In this document: positions 18,352 to 26,970 of the stretch, in pieces
Numbering within the stretch: the stretch's first letter is position 1
Layout of the letters: each line of letters begins with the position of its first letter
Source of the DNA: Patescibacteria group bacterium
GTDB taxonomy: Bacteria > Patescibacteriota > Microgenomatia > 0-14-0-10-38-17
NCBI GenBank assembly: GCA_050953885.1
Contig: JBMNNJ010000002.1
Location: 1 to 39,585, forward strand
DNA length: 39,585 nt
Direction of reading: 5' to 3'
Translations under genes and position numbers: made by a program
Notes under the pieces: model-generated
Database searches by the model: none
Told to the model about the DNA's origin: nothing
What the model saw: the letters and a program-made list of their open reading frames with translations, nothing else

Positions 18352-18428
18352 TGTTAAAGAACCTCCTTTCTTCTTCTTTTGAAGAAAAAGGTAAGCTGAT
18401 TATAACACCTATTTTATTTTTTTGCCAA
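18352..18428 (-). promoter_or_regulatory. Promoter plus boxA-like element for the 118-aa gene
   Basis: TTGGCA-18 nt-(TG)TATAAT at 18428-18399; GTTCTTTAACA at 18362-18352. Confidence 0.6.
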
Positions 18429-20559
18429 ACCTTTCTTGAGAATTGCGAATCACTTTCTCCCGATGCTGGTTGCGGCAGTCGGGAAGGGGCAGGGTATAGG
18501 CCAAGAAGGGCCTTGAGGTGCGGCCGTTAATCGAAAGCTTGGTTAAAACCTGAAAACGGTCCAGGGAGATAAGATCGTTTTCGTCATAATCAGGGGCAAA
18601 TTCCCGCGCCAGAACATGGGCGTCTTCATTGCCTACCACGAAAGAAACCAAGGAGCCAACATTGCCAAAAATAGCGCTTTGCAAAGACGGCTCCAACTGG
18701 GCCATATATTGGTTGGCGAAAGTCAAATTAAGACGGTATTTACGCGCCTCGGAGAGAATTTTAATGAAGGAGGTGGTGGCAAAATTTTGAAATTCATCAA
18801 CATAAAGATAAAAATCGCGGCGGCTTTCCTCCGCTTGGTAAACCCGGCCCATGGCCGCCAGCTGAACTTGGGTAATCAGCATCGCTCCCAAAAGGGAAGA
18901 GTTATCCTCACCTAATTTCCCTTGGGATAAATCAGCCAAAAGAATTTGCCCTTCATTCATTATCTTTTCCAAATTTATTTTTGACTGTGGCGTCTGGATA
19001 ATTTTGCGAATTAAAGGCGAGGAAACAAATTGACCCACCTTATTCAGGATAGGCGAAATGGCTTCCTCACGCAGACGGTCGGGCATTTTCCCAAACTCAT
19101 TTTCCCAAAAAGAACGCAAGGTAGGGCTTTCCAAACGGCTCACTACCTTTTGCCGAAAGCCGGGCTCGGTTAAGATTCTCACCACATCAACCAAGGTTGT
19201 TTCGGGAATTTCCACCAAGCTTAAAAGGCTGTTTCTTAAAATATGCTCTAAGCGAGGTCCCCAAGAATAACCGTAAAGCTTTTGAAAAATGGCGACAATG
19301 CCAGAGGCAACCAGTTCTTTTTGCTCTTTATTTTGCACCTCAAGAGGATTAAGGGGGTAAGTGTATTCACGATCGGCGGGGTTAAAATAACAAACATCAT
19401 TAAGACGAGAGGCAGGAATATAATCCAAAAGAATATTAATTAAATCGCCATGGGGATCAATCACCGCCACCCCTTCTCCATTTCTAATATCCGAGATGGC
19501 CATATTGGCAATCAAGGTTGATTTGCCGGTGCCGGTTTTCCCGATGGTGTAAAAATGCAAGCGCCGGTCGGCTTTTTTCAAGCCAAAATTGATAACCTTG
19601 TTTTTAAATTCGGTTTTGGCAAAAAAGCAAACCGTTTTTTTCTCCTCCTTGTCTAAGTTCTCCGCCACCGGCAAGTCGGCCGGTGCCTGGGTGATAAGGG
19701 TCCGGCCCCATAAAATATTGGGTAAATTAATTTTTCCGCTGGGAAGATGCCACAAAGCGGCAATTTCGGCCAAATTTAAAACTGACGCGCTTCGGGACGG
19801 CTGGCAGGCAACAATTTTTTGCCAAAGTTTTTTCCGGTTTAAAAAATTCGGCTTCTTAGGAACAAGGCCATTCCCTTTGGGGTGGGAAAAAATGCCAAAA
19901 CTTCCCGCCAGCTCTTCTAAAACCTCATCATGCGAAGCGGCTAAATTAATCGCCGCCGCCAAGGGCAGTTTTTCCGCTTTTTTTTGTAAAAGCGCCTGAT
20001 CAGGATGGGGCGAATAAGAACCGTCAGGGTTTTTAACTCCTTTGACAATTTTCTCGTTGAGGTTTTTGGCAAAAGATCTTGGGGCCGGGGTAAGAATAAT
20101 TTGAAAATAGGCCCGCGCCTGGGGATCTTTAACCTTGGCAAGGGTGGAAAGAATTGAGGCAAGGGGGTCAACATCGGTAAAATCAGCGGCCGTTTTCAGA
20201 GGATAATAATTGCCCTCCGTTAAGGCCATTTTCACAAAGGGAAAAGGCTTGGAGGAGGAAGCCACTTCCAAAAAAGGATTTTGGCTAAGATTTATTAAGA
20301 CATCAGGATAGTAGGAAAGAATTTGACTTTGGAAAAAATTAAGCTTTTCGGTGGGGACGCCAATAGAAAAATAAATTGTTTGCTCTTTCAAAAAGATAAT
20401 CAGCGCCAAAAGGGGCTTTTGGGAAGAAAAAAGGGAGAAAAGCGATCTTTTTTGATTGCGAGCCAAATTGGCCAAAAGCGCCTCCATCGGCTCGGTGGTA
20501 TATTCGTTATTTTTGGGAAGACGCAATTCCAAAAAAGAAAGTTGATTTTCTTGAGCCAT
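18409..20559 (-). CDS. VirB4/TraG(VirD4)/HerA-like ATPase (CPR type)
   Basis: DRRLHFYTIGKTGTGKSTL Walker A, VIDPHGD, LYVDEFQNF Walker B, SEARKYRL, NQY. Confidence 0.9.
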   Translation of the reverse strand: MAQENQLSFLELRLPKNNEYTTEPMEALLANLARNQKRSLFSLFSSQKPLLALIIFLKEQTIYFSIGVPTEKLNFFQSQILSYYPDVLINLSQNPFLEVASSSKPFPFVKMALTEGNYYPLKTAADFTDVDPLASILSTLAKVKDPQARAYFQIILTPAPRSFAKNLNEKIVKGVKNPDGSYSPHPDQALLQKKAEKLPLAAAINLAASHDEVLEELAGSFGIFSHPKGNGLVPKKPNFLNRKKLWQKIVACQPSRSASVLNLAEIAALWHLPSGKINLPNILWGRTLITQAPADLPVAENLDKEEKKTVCFFAKTEFKNKVINFGLKKADRRLHFYTIGKTGTGKSTLIANMAISDIRNGEGVAVIDPHGDLINILLDYIPASRLNDVCYFNPADREYTYPLNPLEVQNKEQKELVASGIVAIFQKLYGYSWGPRLEHILRNSLLSLVEIPETTLVDVVRILTEPGFRQKVVSRLESPTLRSFWENEFGKMPDRLREEAISPILNKVGQFVSSPLIRKIIQTPQSKINLEKIMNEGQILLADLSQGKLGEDNSSLLGAMLITQVQLAAMGRVYQAEESRRDFYLYVDEFQNFATTSFIKILSEARKYRLNLTFANQYMAQLEPSLQSAIFGNVGSLVSFVVGNEDAHVLAREFAPDYDENDLISLDRFQVLTKLSINGRTSRPFLAYTLPLPDCRNQHREKVIRNSQERFGKKIK

Positions 20560-20588
20560 ACCGCCATCAATTATTATTTTTTTAAAGA

Positions 20589-20822
20589 CTAATTTTTACT
20601 CCTTTGGAAAGCTTTTTTGGTTTCTTTCTTAAGCTCCTCCGCTAAGGCATTAATTTCCAAAAACATTTTTCGCTCCTCGTCGTTCATTTCCGGCCAATTT
20701 TCCCTGATAATCTGACCCAGCGCCCAAGACATCTTTTTCTGGTTTTGAAGAATTTTCTTCTTCGCCTCTTCCTCGGCTATTAAGCTCTGAAGCGGAGAAA
20801 ACAAGTTAGTCTTTCTTTTCAT
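20589..20822 (-). CDS. Small hypothetical helical protein
   Basis: 77-aa ORF from ATG 20822, co-oriented just upstream of the ATPase. Confidence 0.55.
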   Translation of the reverse strand: MKRKTNLFSPLQSLIAEEEAKKKILQNQKKMSWALGQIIRENWPEMNDEERKMFLEINALAEELKKETKKAFQRSKN

Positions 20823-20888
20823 CCTAAAATTAATTTTAGCAAGTTTAGCAACGGCGCGCAAGCGGAAAGCGGTTATTTTTAATTCATC

Positions 20889-20927
20889 TTGACAAAAGTA
20901 ATGCATTATATTAAAGTTAATGTATTA
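20889..20927 (+). promoter_or_regulatory. vapBC promoter with two operator palindromes
   Basis: TTGACA-17 nt-TAAAGT; TAATGCATTA 20899-20908 and TAATGTATTA 20918-20927. Confidence 0.75.
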
Positions 20928-21178
20928 TGCAAATCGTTTCCATTACCCGCCAGGGGCAGGTAACCATTCCCGCGCCAATAAGAAAGACATTAGGATTAAA
21001 CCGCTACCCTAAGGCAACGGTTCGTTTGGAGGATAAAAAAATTATTATTGAACCAATCCCCGATCTTCTGAAATTAGGAGGAATTTTAAAAAATAAAAAA
21101 ATTAAGGGAAAATCAGTTAAGGAAATTATTAAATTAGAGGAAGAAGCGATTGCTGCGGCGGTAAGTAAAAAGCACTAA
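20927..21178 (+). CDS. AbrB/MazE/SpoVT-family antitoxin (VapB-like)
   Basis: SITRQGQVTIPAPIRKTLGL; directly upstream of a PIN toxin. Confidence 0.9.
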   Translation: MQIVSITRQGQVTIPAPIRKTLGLNRYPKATVRLEDKKIIIEPIPDLLKLGGILKNKKIKGKSVKEIIKLEEEAIAAAVSKKH

Positions 21179-21181
21179 CAG

Positions 21182-21565
21182 ATGGCTAAATATATTGTGG
21201 ATACCAATGTTTTTTTAAGATTTCTTCTTAAAGACAACGAAGAATACTTTAAAAAAGCAAGGCGGTATTTTCTTCGGGCAAAAAAACATCAAATCACACT
21301 TATTCTTCTGCCGGTGGTAGTTCTGGAAATTAACTATGTTCTTAAAGGGGTTTATTCTTTATCCCGTCAGGAAAGCGCAAAAATTTTGTCTTCTTTATTA
21401 AAATCGCCATTATTGATGGTAAAAGAAAGAAAAACCCTAATTAAAGCGGTCGATAGTTATGAAAAAATAAATATTGACTTAGCGGATGTTTATCTTTCTG
21501 CCGCCGCTCAAGAAGAAAACGCTAAAGTGCTTTCTTTTGATAAGGATTTTGAGAAAATAAAATAG
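21182..21565 (+). CDS. PIN-domain toxin (VapC-like)
   Basis: IVDTNVFLR, conserved E, DLAD, SFDKDF acidic residues. Confidence 0.9.
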   Translation: MAKYIVDTNVFLRFLLKDNEEYFKKARRYFLRAKKHQITLILLPVVVLEINYVLKGVYSLSRQESAKILSSLLKSPLLMVKERKTLIKAVDSYEKINIDLADVYLSAAAQEENAKVLSFDKDFEKIK

Positions 21566-21578
21566 AGAAAAAGACGAG

Positions 21579-21896
21579 ATGATGGGAAAAAAGTTTACCA
21601 AGAGAATTGAAGACTTTACCTGCGAGGTTTGCGGGGCCAAAGTGAAAGGCACCGGCTTCACCGACCATTGCCCTCAATGCTTGGTGGGCAAGCACGTTGA
21701 CGTTTTCCCGGGCGACAGAAAAGCCGCTTGCGGCGGCCTGATGAAGCCGATGGGAGCATTACGGCAAAAAGGAAAATGGCGCATTTTCTACCGCTGTCAA
21801 AAATGCGGCTTGGAAAAGTTTAATCAAGCCAGCCCCAACGATAATTTCCAAAAAATCATCGCCCTCTCCTCACGACCAATAAAAACCCTCAAGTAA
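21579..21896 (+). CDS. RNHCP-domain zinc-binding protein
   Basis: EDFTCEVCG...TDHCPQCL..KHVD..PGDR...CGGLM...RCQKCG. Confidence 0.85.
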   Translation: MMGKKFTKRIEDFTCEVCGAKVKGTGFTDHCPQCLVGKHVDVFPGDRKAACGGLMKPMGALRQKGKWRIFYRCQKCGLEKFNQASPNDNFQKIIALSSRPIKTLK

Positions 21897-21922
21897 GCCA
21901 GCCCCCTTTTCCCCTCACCAAC

Positions 21923-23434
21923 CTATTTCTCAAACCAAAAATAATCTTGACATTCCTCCTCAAAATCCTTCTTGGAAAAATTAATAATTTTATCTGCCCT
22001 TGCCCGGGAAAGATTAAAAGCCTGCCACGAGGAAAAAAAAGAAGAGTTTTTTTCTTGAACGCGCTCATAAAGCTGGCAGGCAAAATCTTTTCTTAATTTC
22101 TCATCGGCGATATCCAGTATTTTAATCGTTTGGGGTAAGGCATCGCTGGAAAGGCTGCGCAAATAAAAAACATCTAAATCTCCGGTTTGGTAAAATCGCT
22201 CGAGATTGCGTCGGACAACAAAAGCCTCCGGATTAAGAAAATTCATTACCGCCAAAAAAAAGATAAGGGAAAGAAAAACATGATAGGCAAAATTCTTCTC
22301 CTCCTGATCTCTATGAATCTTATAAAGCAAGAAGCCAAAAACCACCGCCAAGAAAATGATAAAAACATGGCTGTATAATCTTAAGACTGTAAATCCATAA
22401 GCTTGTTCATATAAGGATAAGCGCCGGAGAGCGGAGGCCATAATTAAGCCTACTTGAATAACCAGCGCCGTCCCCAAAATTTTAAATTCCCTAAAATGGG
22501 CGGCTTCTTTTTTAACCACATATTTTTCCACCCCTAAAAGCAAAATAAGAGAAATAGCCGCCACCGCGATTAACTCAAAAAAACCACGCCGCGCGTATTC
22601 GGCGTAAGTAAAACCTTGAAGAGAAATGTTTGCCTTGCCCCCAAAAAGATAAGTTAGCTGAAAAAGAATAAAAACAAAGAAGAGAAGATTAATCAAACCA
22701 AGTAAAACCGCGCTTTCCAGTTTTTCCAAGCGGCAAGTCCTTGGCTTAGCAATAACCTGATTTTCCTTCTCTTCAAAAGCGTAGCGATAAGCGCCAATAT
22801 AAAAAAGGGTCAGCGCCAAAACTAAAAATAATCTAAAAATTATTTCCGGCTTAATGTCAAAATTAATTAAACCGGAAACATATTTATGGAAAACCAAATC
22901 CGCGGAAGAAAAAAGAAGTAAAAAAACCACCAAAAAGGGAAGCGCCAAGAAAATACCCTTTAAAACCTGCCGTAAGACTTTTCCCTTGTTTTTCGCCGAC
23001 GGTTGGAAAAGATCGGCAAGCGTTTGAAAAAGGGGGGGAATAAATTTAAAAGGCAGAAAAAATATTTTAAGATAATCTTTAATTAAAAAGTTTCTCAACT
23101 TCTTGCCGGAAAACACTTCGGCAAGAATTAATAATAACAAGAGCGAGGCGACAATATTAAGAAAAGTAAGCAAAAGGCTGGCGCGGACAAAAACCATCGC
23201 GCTAAAAAAAAGGAGAGGAAGAAGAAGCCAAAAAATATTTTTTTCTACCGGTTTTTTGAAAAAACGGGCCATTAGCCAAAGCCCAGCGGTTAGCAAAAAA
23301 ACATAGAGAGGAAAATTAATGCCGGGCGCCTTGGCATAAAAAAGATAATCAAAAAGCGCCCCCAAAACCAAAGCCACCGCCGTAATAATCCTTGCCTTGT
23401 TTAAGCTTTTAAACGCGCCATTTTTAGCCTTCAT
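21923..23434 (-). CDS. DUF4153/DUF4173 family membrane protein
   Basis: LLFSSAD, TYAEYARRGFFEL, RLSLYEQAYGFTVLRL, YLRSLSSDA; likely ATG 23434. Confidence 0.85.
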   Translation of the reverse strand: MKAKNGAFKSLNKARIITAVALVLGALFDYLFYAKAPGINFPLYVFLLTAGLWLMARFFKKPVEKNIFWLLLPLLFFSAMVFVRASLLLTFLNIVASLLLLLILAEVFSGKKLRNFLIKDYLKIFFLPFKFIPPLFQTLADLFQPSAKNKGKVLRQVLKGIFLALPFLVVFLLLFSSADLVFHKYVSGLINFDIKPEIIFRLFLVLALTLFYIGAYRYAFEEKENQVIAKPRTCRLEKLESAVLLGLINLLFFVFILFQLTYLFGGKANISLQGFTYAEYARRGFFELIAVAAISLILLLGVEKYVVKKEAAHFREFKILGTALVIQVGLIMASALRRLSLYEQAYGFTVLRLYSHVFIIFLAVVFGFLLYKIHRDQEEKNFAYHVFLSLIFFLAVMNFLNPEAFVVRRNLERFYQTGDLDVFYLRSLSSDALPQTIKILDIADEKLRKDFACQLYERVQEKNSSFFSSWQAFNLSRARADKIINFSKKDFEEECQDYFWFEK

Positions 23435-23598
23435 AAAACAATTAAACAAGCTTTCTTGCAAAGCTTCAACTAATTTCACAAGCAAGGCAAAAATCCTTGC
23501 TAAAAAACCCCATCCGCCATCACAAAAATTCCTGTTTTTTTTACAAAGCAAACAAAAATAACCAACAAAAAGCGTTAATCACTTACTAAATTTCTCAG

Positions 23599-23671
23599 TC
23601 GGGGCACTGGGACTCGAACCCAGAATCACACGCACCCCATGCGCGTATGTTAGCCATTACACCATGCCCCG
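23599..23671 (-). tRNA. tRNA-Pro(GGG), CCA not encoded
   Basis: CGGGGCA/TGCCCCG acceptor stem; CGCGC-ATGGGGT-GCGTG anticodon arm; CTGGG-TTCGAGT-CCCAG T arm. Confidence 0.95.
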
Positions 23672-23686
23672 ATTCTTTTTTGATTT

Positions 23687-24077
23687 TACCACAAAAACTC
23701 ATTTCGTAATTTCGCAACTTCCTAAATTGACTAGCCTTGAACCTCGGGAAAAATTTTCCTCCCCCGTCCAAATATATTACTATATAATATTACTATAGAC
23801 ACTAAATTACTATGTAGTAATTTAGTAAAACTAAAATTTAGCTTAATAACCCTAAAAACTGGTGGGCTTCGGGCTTTTATACTCTCTTATAAAGCTGAAT
23901 CGCTAAATTGTTAAACTGCAAAATTGCTTTGGAAATTTAAAATAAAAATAGAGCAAAGACTATGGCTCAAAACGCAAAAATCAATCCGCCAGCTGACGAA
24001 TCAAACCTAAAAAGTAAATCTTTAAACTTAAAAAGTTTTAACATTTGCCATGTAGTCCTGCCTTGCCGGCAGGCAGG
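23687..24077 (+). repeat. ~390-bp direct repeat, left copy
   Basis: nearly identical to 26581-26970 (four small divergent spots seen). Confidence 0.97.
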
Positions 24078-24103
24078 CCGATGTGGTCAGCCAGTACAGG
24101 CTC

Positions 24104-24132
24104 TTGATAAAAAGAGAAAGATGTGATATTTT
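24104..24132 (+). promoter_or_regulatory. Sigma70 promoter of the cassette
   Basis: TTGATA-17 nt-(TG)TATTTT. Confidence 0.6.
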
Positions 24133-24141
24133 AGCCCCAAG

Positions 24142-24225
24142 ATGAAAAATCTTGGACTTCTTCCAAATATTTTCTCAGAAATTTATCTTTTATCATTGGT
24201 TATTTTCCAACAACTAGTTTATTAA
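24142..24225 (+). CDS. Putative 27-aa leader peptide MKNLGLLPNIFSEIYLLSLVIFQQLVY
   Basis: ATG 9 nt after the -10 box; stop codon overlaps the terminator stem. Confidence 0.4.
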   Translation: MKNLGLLPNIFSEIYLLSLVIFQQLVY

Positions 24226-24247
24226 ACCGCCTAAAAGGCGGTTTTTT
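24224..24247 (+). terminator. Intrinsic terminator/attenuator in the cassette leader
   Basis: AAACCGCCT-AAA-AGGCGGTTT followed by a T-tract, upstream of the first gene. Confidence 0.75.
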
Positions 24248-24272
24248 GTTTTTAGAACGATCAGGAAATCTA

Positions 24273-25397
24273 ATGACAAGTAAAGAAAACAAAACAAGTA
24301 CCGAAGTCAAATTTACTTTTAACGAATTCCCTCCTGGTTATGTCCGTTATCCAGTAGTGCCCTCTAAAGAGGTGATGATTAAATATCAACAAGTTAAATG
24401 CCAAATCCCAGCTAGATTTGGAACTCTCCTAATTAACCCCTCTAAATTTGCTCACCCCTCTCGTCCTTACTTTTATGATGTCAGTAACCTTAATTTTGCT
24501 GTTAATGTCTATACTCAAGCTGAAGTTACTCTTACCGATAAGAGTGAAATAATTATTGATCCCTCAGTAGAACGACCTTTAATTGCACAACATGCTGCAG
24601 AACTCATCCGTAAAGCAACTGGTGTAGAAGAAATCGGTTTAAAAATCAATGTCCGTAGCGATTTCAAAACCAAACACGTTGGGCTAGCGACAAGCGCAGC
24701 TATTCAACATTCGGTAGCTTATGCGGTTAATAAAGCCTTAGGAGAACCATTATCAAGGGAACAATTAGTGACCTATCTTGCCCAGAATAATGCGGAGGAG
24801 TCTGATAAACCTGGCTTTCTAATTTCTGAACCTAGCACCGGTGGTTTGGGGGCAGTCTGTCTTTGGGGTGGCGGTGTTGTATTTTTGGGAGATGAAATGA
24901 AAATTGTTGGTCAGACCAAGATACCAGAGAACTATACCTACGTTTTAGGACTTCCTTCAGTTTTAAGGGAAGAAAGAATTGAAGAAATTGAAGATAATTA
25001 TGCCCGAGTTGTGGCTCACCACGATAAGGTTGATAGAGAATGGGGAACTACTAAGAAGGAAATGGTCGAAAATGAATTAATTCCAGCCTTTGAAAAGAAT
25101 AATATTAAAACCATTGGCCGTATCGTTTTTGATTATACCCTAAATCGTTATGGAGACGTTCAAACAGCATTTGACTTAACTTGTCCTGGAGTGCCAATGG
25201 CAAAATACATGAACAGTTTAAAAAAACTGCAAACGAACGAGGAGATTATATCTGCTTTCGTCTCAAGCACTGGTCCCAATATTGTTATCCTGACCACGAA
25301 GCCAGAAATTGCGGCAGATCATCTAATTAGTTTAGGTATAGAAAATATCCTTTATTTACATCCAGATAATGTTGGGGTAACCTACGAATGTCGCTAA
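24273..25397 (+). CDS. GHMP-kinase-fold protein, beta-RFAP synthase-like
   Basis: IPARF, KHVGLATSAA (GHMP glycine loop), GLGAVCLWGGG, SSTGP; ATG 24273 with AGGA SD. Confidence 0.7.
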   Translation: MTSKENKTSTEVKFTFNEFPPGYVRYPVVPSKEVMIKYQQVKCQIPARFGTLLINPSKFAHPSRPYFYDVSNLNFAVNVYTQAEVTLTDKSEIIIDPSVERPLIAQHAAELIRKATGVEEIGLKINVRSDFKTKHVGLATSAAIQHSVAYAVNKALGEPLSREQLVTYLAQNNAEESDKPGFLISEPSTGGLGAVCLWGGGVVFLGDEMKIVGQTKIPENYTYVLGLPSVLREERIEEIEDNYARVVAHHDKVDREWGTTKKEMVENELIPAFEKNNIKTIGRIVFDYTLNRYGDVQTAFDLTCPGVPMAKYMNSLKKLQTNEEIISAFVSSTGPNIVILTTKPEIAADHLISLGIENILYLHPDNVGVTYECR

Positions 25398-25439
25398 ATA
25401 TAGGCACGATCCTTATTTAAAAAATTGCATAATTTTTTT

Positions 25440-25901
25440 ATGGCAGATAACTTTATTTTTAAAAAAGGGGCTAACGCTATTCTTATAGATGAAAAAGGGA
25501 GAGTCTTATTAGGAAAAAGAGCTAAAGGAATTGAGGCTAAGAAATGGTCTTTAATTGGGGGTAAGCCAGAAGAAAATGAAACCATGGAAGAGGCAGTGGT
25601 GAGAGAGGTAAAGGAGGAAATTTTAGTTGACTTTAAGCCATTTTTTTATCGAATATTTAGGGGTGTTAATAAGGAAAAGGGAGTGAAGTGGTTATCTTCA
25701 TATTTTATTGGATATATTAGAAGTGACGAGATACCAGACAACTATGATAAAAATGAATTAGCCGAACTTAAATTTTTTTCTAAAGAAGAATTAGTTGATT
25801 TAGAGATTGCTTTTGACCACAAAAGGGTGCTCAAAGCTTTTTTTAAAGACTATTCTTTAGGATTGATAGTCTCAGTTAGAGATAAAAACAATAAGAACTA
25901 A
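25440..25901 (+). CDS. NUDIX hydrolase
   Basis: WSLIGGKPEENETMEEAVVREVKEEI Nudix box; C-terminal AFDH. Confidence 0.92.
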   Translation: MADNFIFKKGANAILIDEKGRVLLGKRAKGIEAKKWSLIGGKPEENETMEEAVVREVKEEILVDFKPFFYRIFRGVNKEKGVKWLSSYFIGYIRSDEIPDNYDKNELAELKFFSKEELVDLEIAFDHKRVLKAFFKDYSLGLIVSVRDKNNKN

Positions 25902-25903
25902 AA

Positions 25904-26545
25904 ATGACAGTCGAAAGAAAAGAACAATATTTCTCAACAGAACCGAAAAATGATGTTATTTTCCCTATATGCGAAAAAGTAGTCTGGGTAAGCGGATATG
26001 GTGGAGCCGGAAAATCAACTCTGGCCAAATTTCTTCAGAACGAACGTGGTTACACGAGGTGTGATTTGGGGCCTTGGGTTAGGAAGCTTTATAGAGAAGA
26101 AATAGAGGGAAAGGACGAAAAAATTCCCCCTTTCTTTGACTGGATATGGGATAAGGTAAGCATAATGGGAGATGCCCGATTTTCTCTGTGGGTCTTGAAA
26201 ACATATGTCCGTGCAAACCCGGATGTTTTATTAGCCAAAAAGGTAGTCATTCCGTCCGCAAGATCCAAAGAGAGCGTCAATTTTTTAAAACAATCTTTTC
26301 CTAATGCCACCCAATTTTTGGCTGTTATTGATTGTGATCAAGAAACTCGTGCCAAAAGAATTAGCCAGCGGATGATAAAGGCAGGTGAGACCTCAAATTA
26401 TAGTTTAAATGATCTTAAGAAACGTGATAGCTTGGAAGAGCGAACTGGCATTAGAGAGGTTTTTCAAATTGCCGATGTGATTATCAAAAATGAAGGTAGT
26501 TTAGAGGAATTTATTCAAGTAATTAGCTCGCTTTTCCCCGAATAG
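25904..26545 (+). CDS. P-loop nucleoside-monophosphate/dephospho-CoA-kinase-like protein
   Basis: VSGYGGAGKST Walker A; RAKRI..R lid; ADVIIKNEGSLEEF. Confidence 0.8.
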   Translation: MTVERKEQYFSTEPKNDVIFPICEKVVWVSGYGGAGKSTLAKFLQNERGYTRCDLGPWVRKLYREEIEGKDEKIPPFFDWIWDKVSIMGDARFSLWVLKTYVRANPDVLLAKKVVIPSARSKESVNFLKQSFPNATQFLAVIDCDQETRAKRISQRMIKAGETSNYSLNDLKKRDSLEERTGIREVFQIADVIIKNEGSLEEFIQVISSLFPE

Positions 26546-26580
26546 AATAGCTAAACATTTCTGGGCTTCCCTACGTCGGA

Positions 26581-26970
26581 TACCACAAAAACTCATTTCG
26601 TAATTTCGCAACTTCCTAAATTGACTAGCTTTGAACCTCGGGAAAAATTTTCCTCCCTCCGCTCAAATATATTACTATAATATTACTATAGACACTAAAT
26701 TACTATGTAGTAATTTAGTAAAACTAAAATTTAGCTTAATAACCCTAAAAACTGGTGGGCTTCGGGCTTTTATACTCTCTTATAAAGCTGAATCGCTAAA
26801 TTGTTAAACTGCAAAATTGCTTTGGAAATTTAAAATAAAAATAGAGCAAAGACTATGGCTCAAAACGCAAAAATCAATCCGCCAGCTGACGAATCAAACC
26901 TAAAAAGTAAATCTTTAAACTTAAAAAGTTTTAACATTTGCCATGTAGTCCTGCCTTGCCGACAGGCAGG
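26581..26970 (+). repeat. ~390-bp direct repeat, right copy
   Basis: matches 23687-24077. Confidence 0.97.

Larger units (their letters stand above)
24078..26580 (+). mobile_element. Putative horizontally acquired three-gene cassette
   Basis: bounded by 390-bp direct repeats; AT-richer, different codon usage; no recombinase encoded. Confidence 0.65.

Noticed and set aside
23770-23850. Replication origin or dif site in the AT-rich repeat
   Set aside because: No DnaA boxes (TTATCCACA) or convincing XerC/D arms; gene-strand bias does not switch here.
23599-26580. tRNA-Pro as the att site of the cassette
   Set aside because: The cassette lies on the 5' side of the tRNA, no tRNA fragment is duplicated and no integrase is present.
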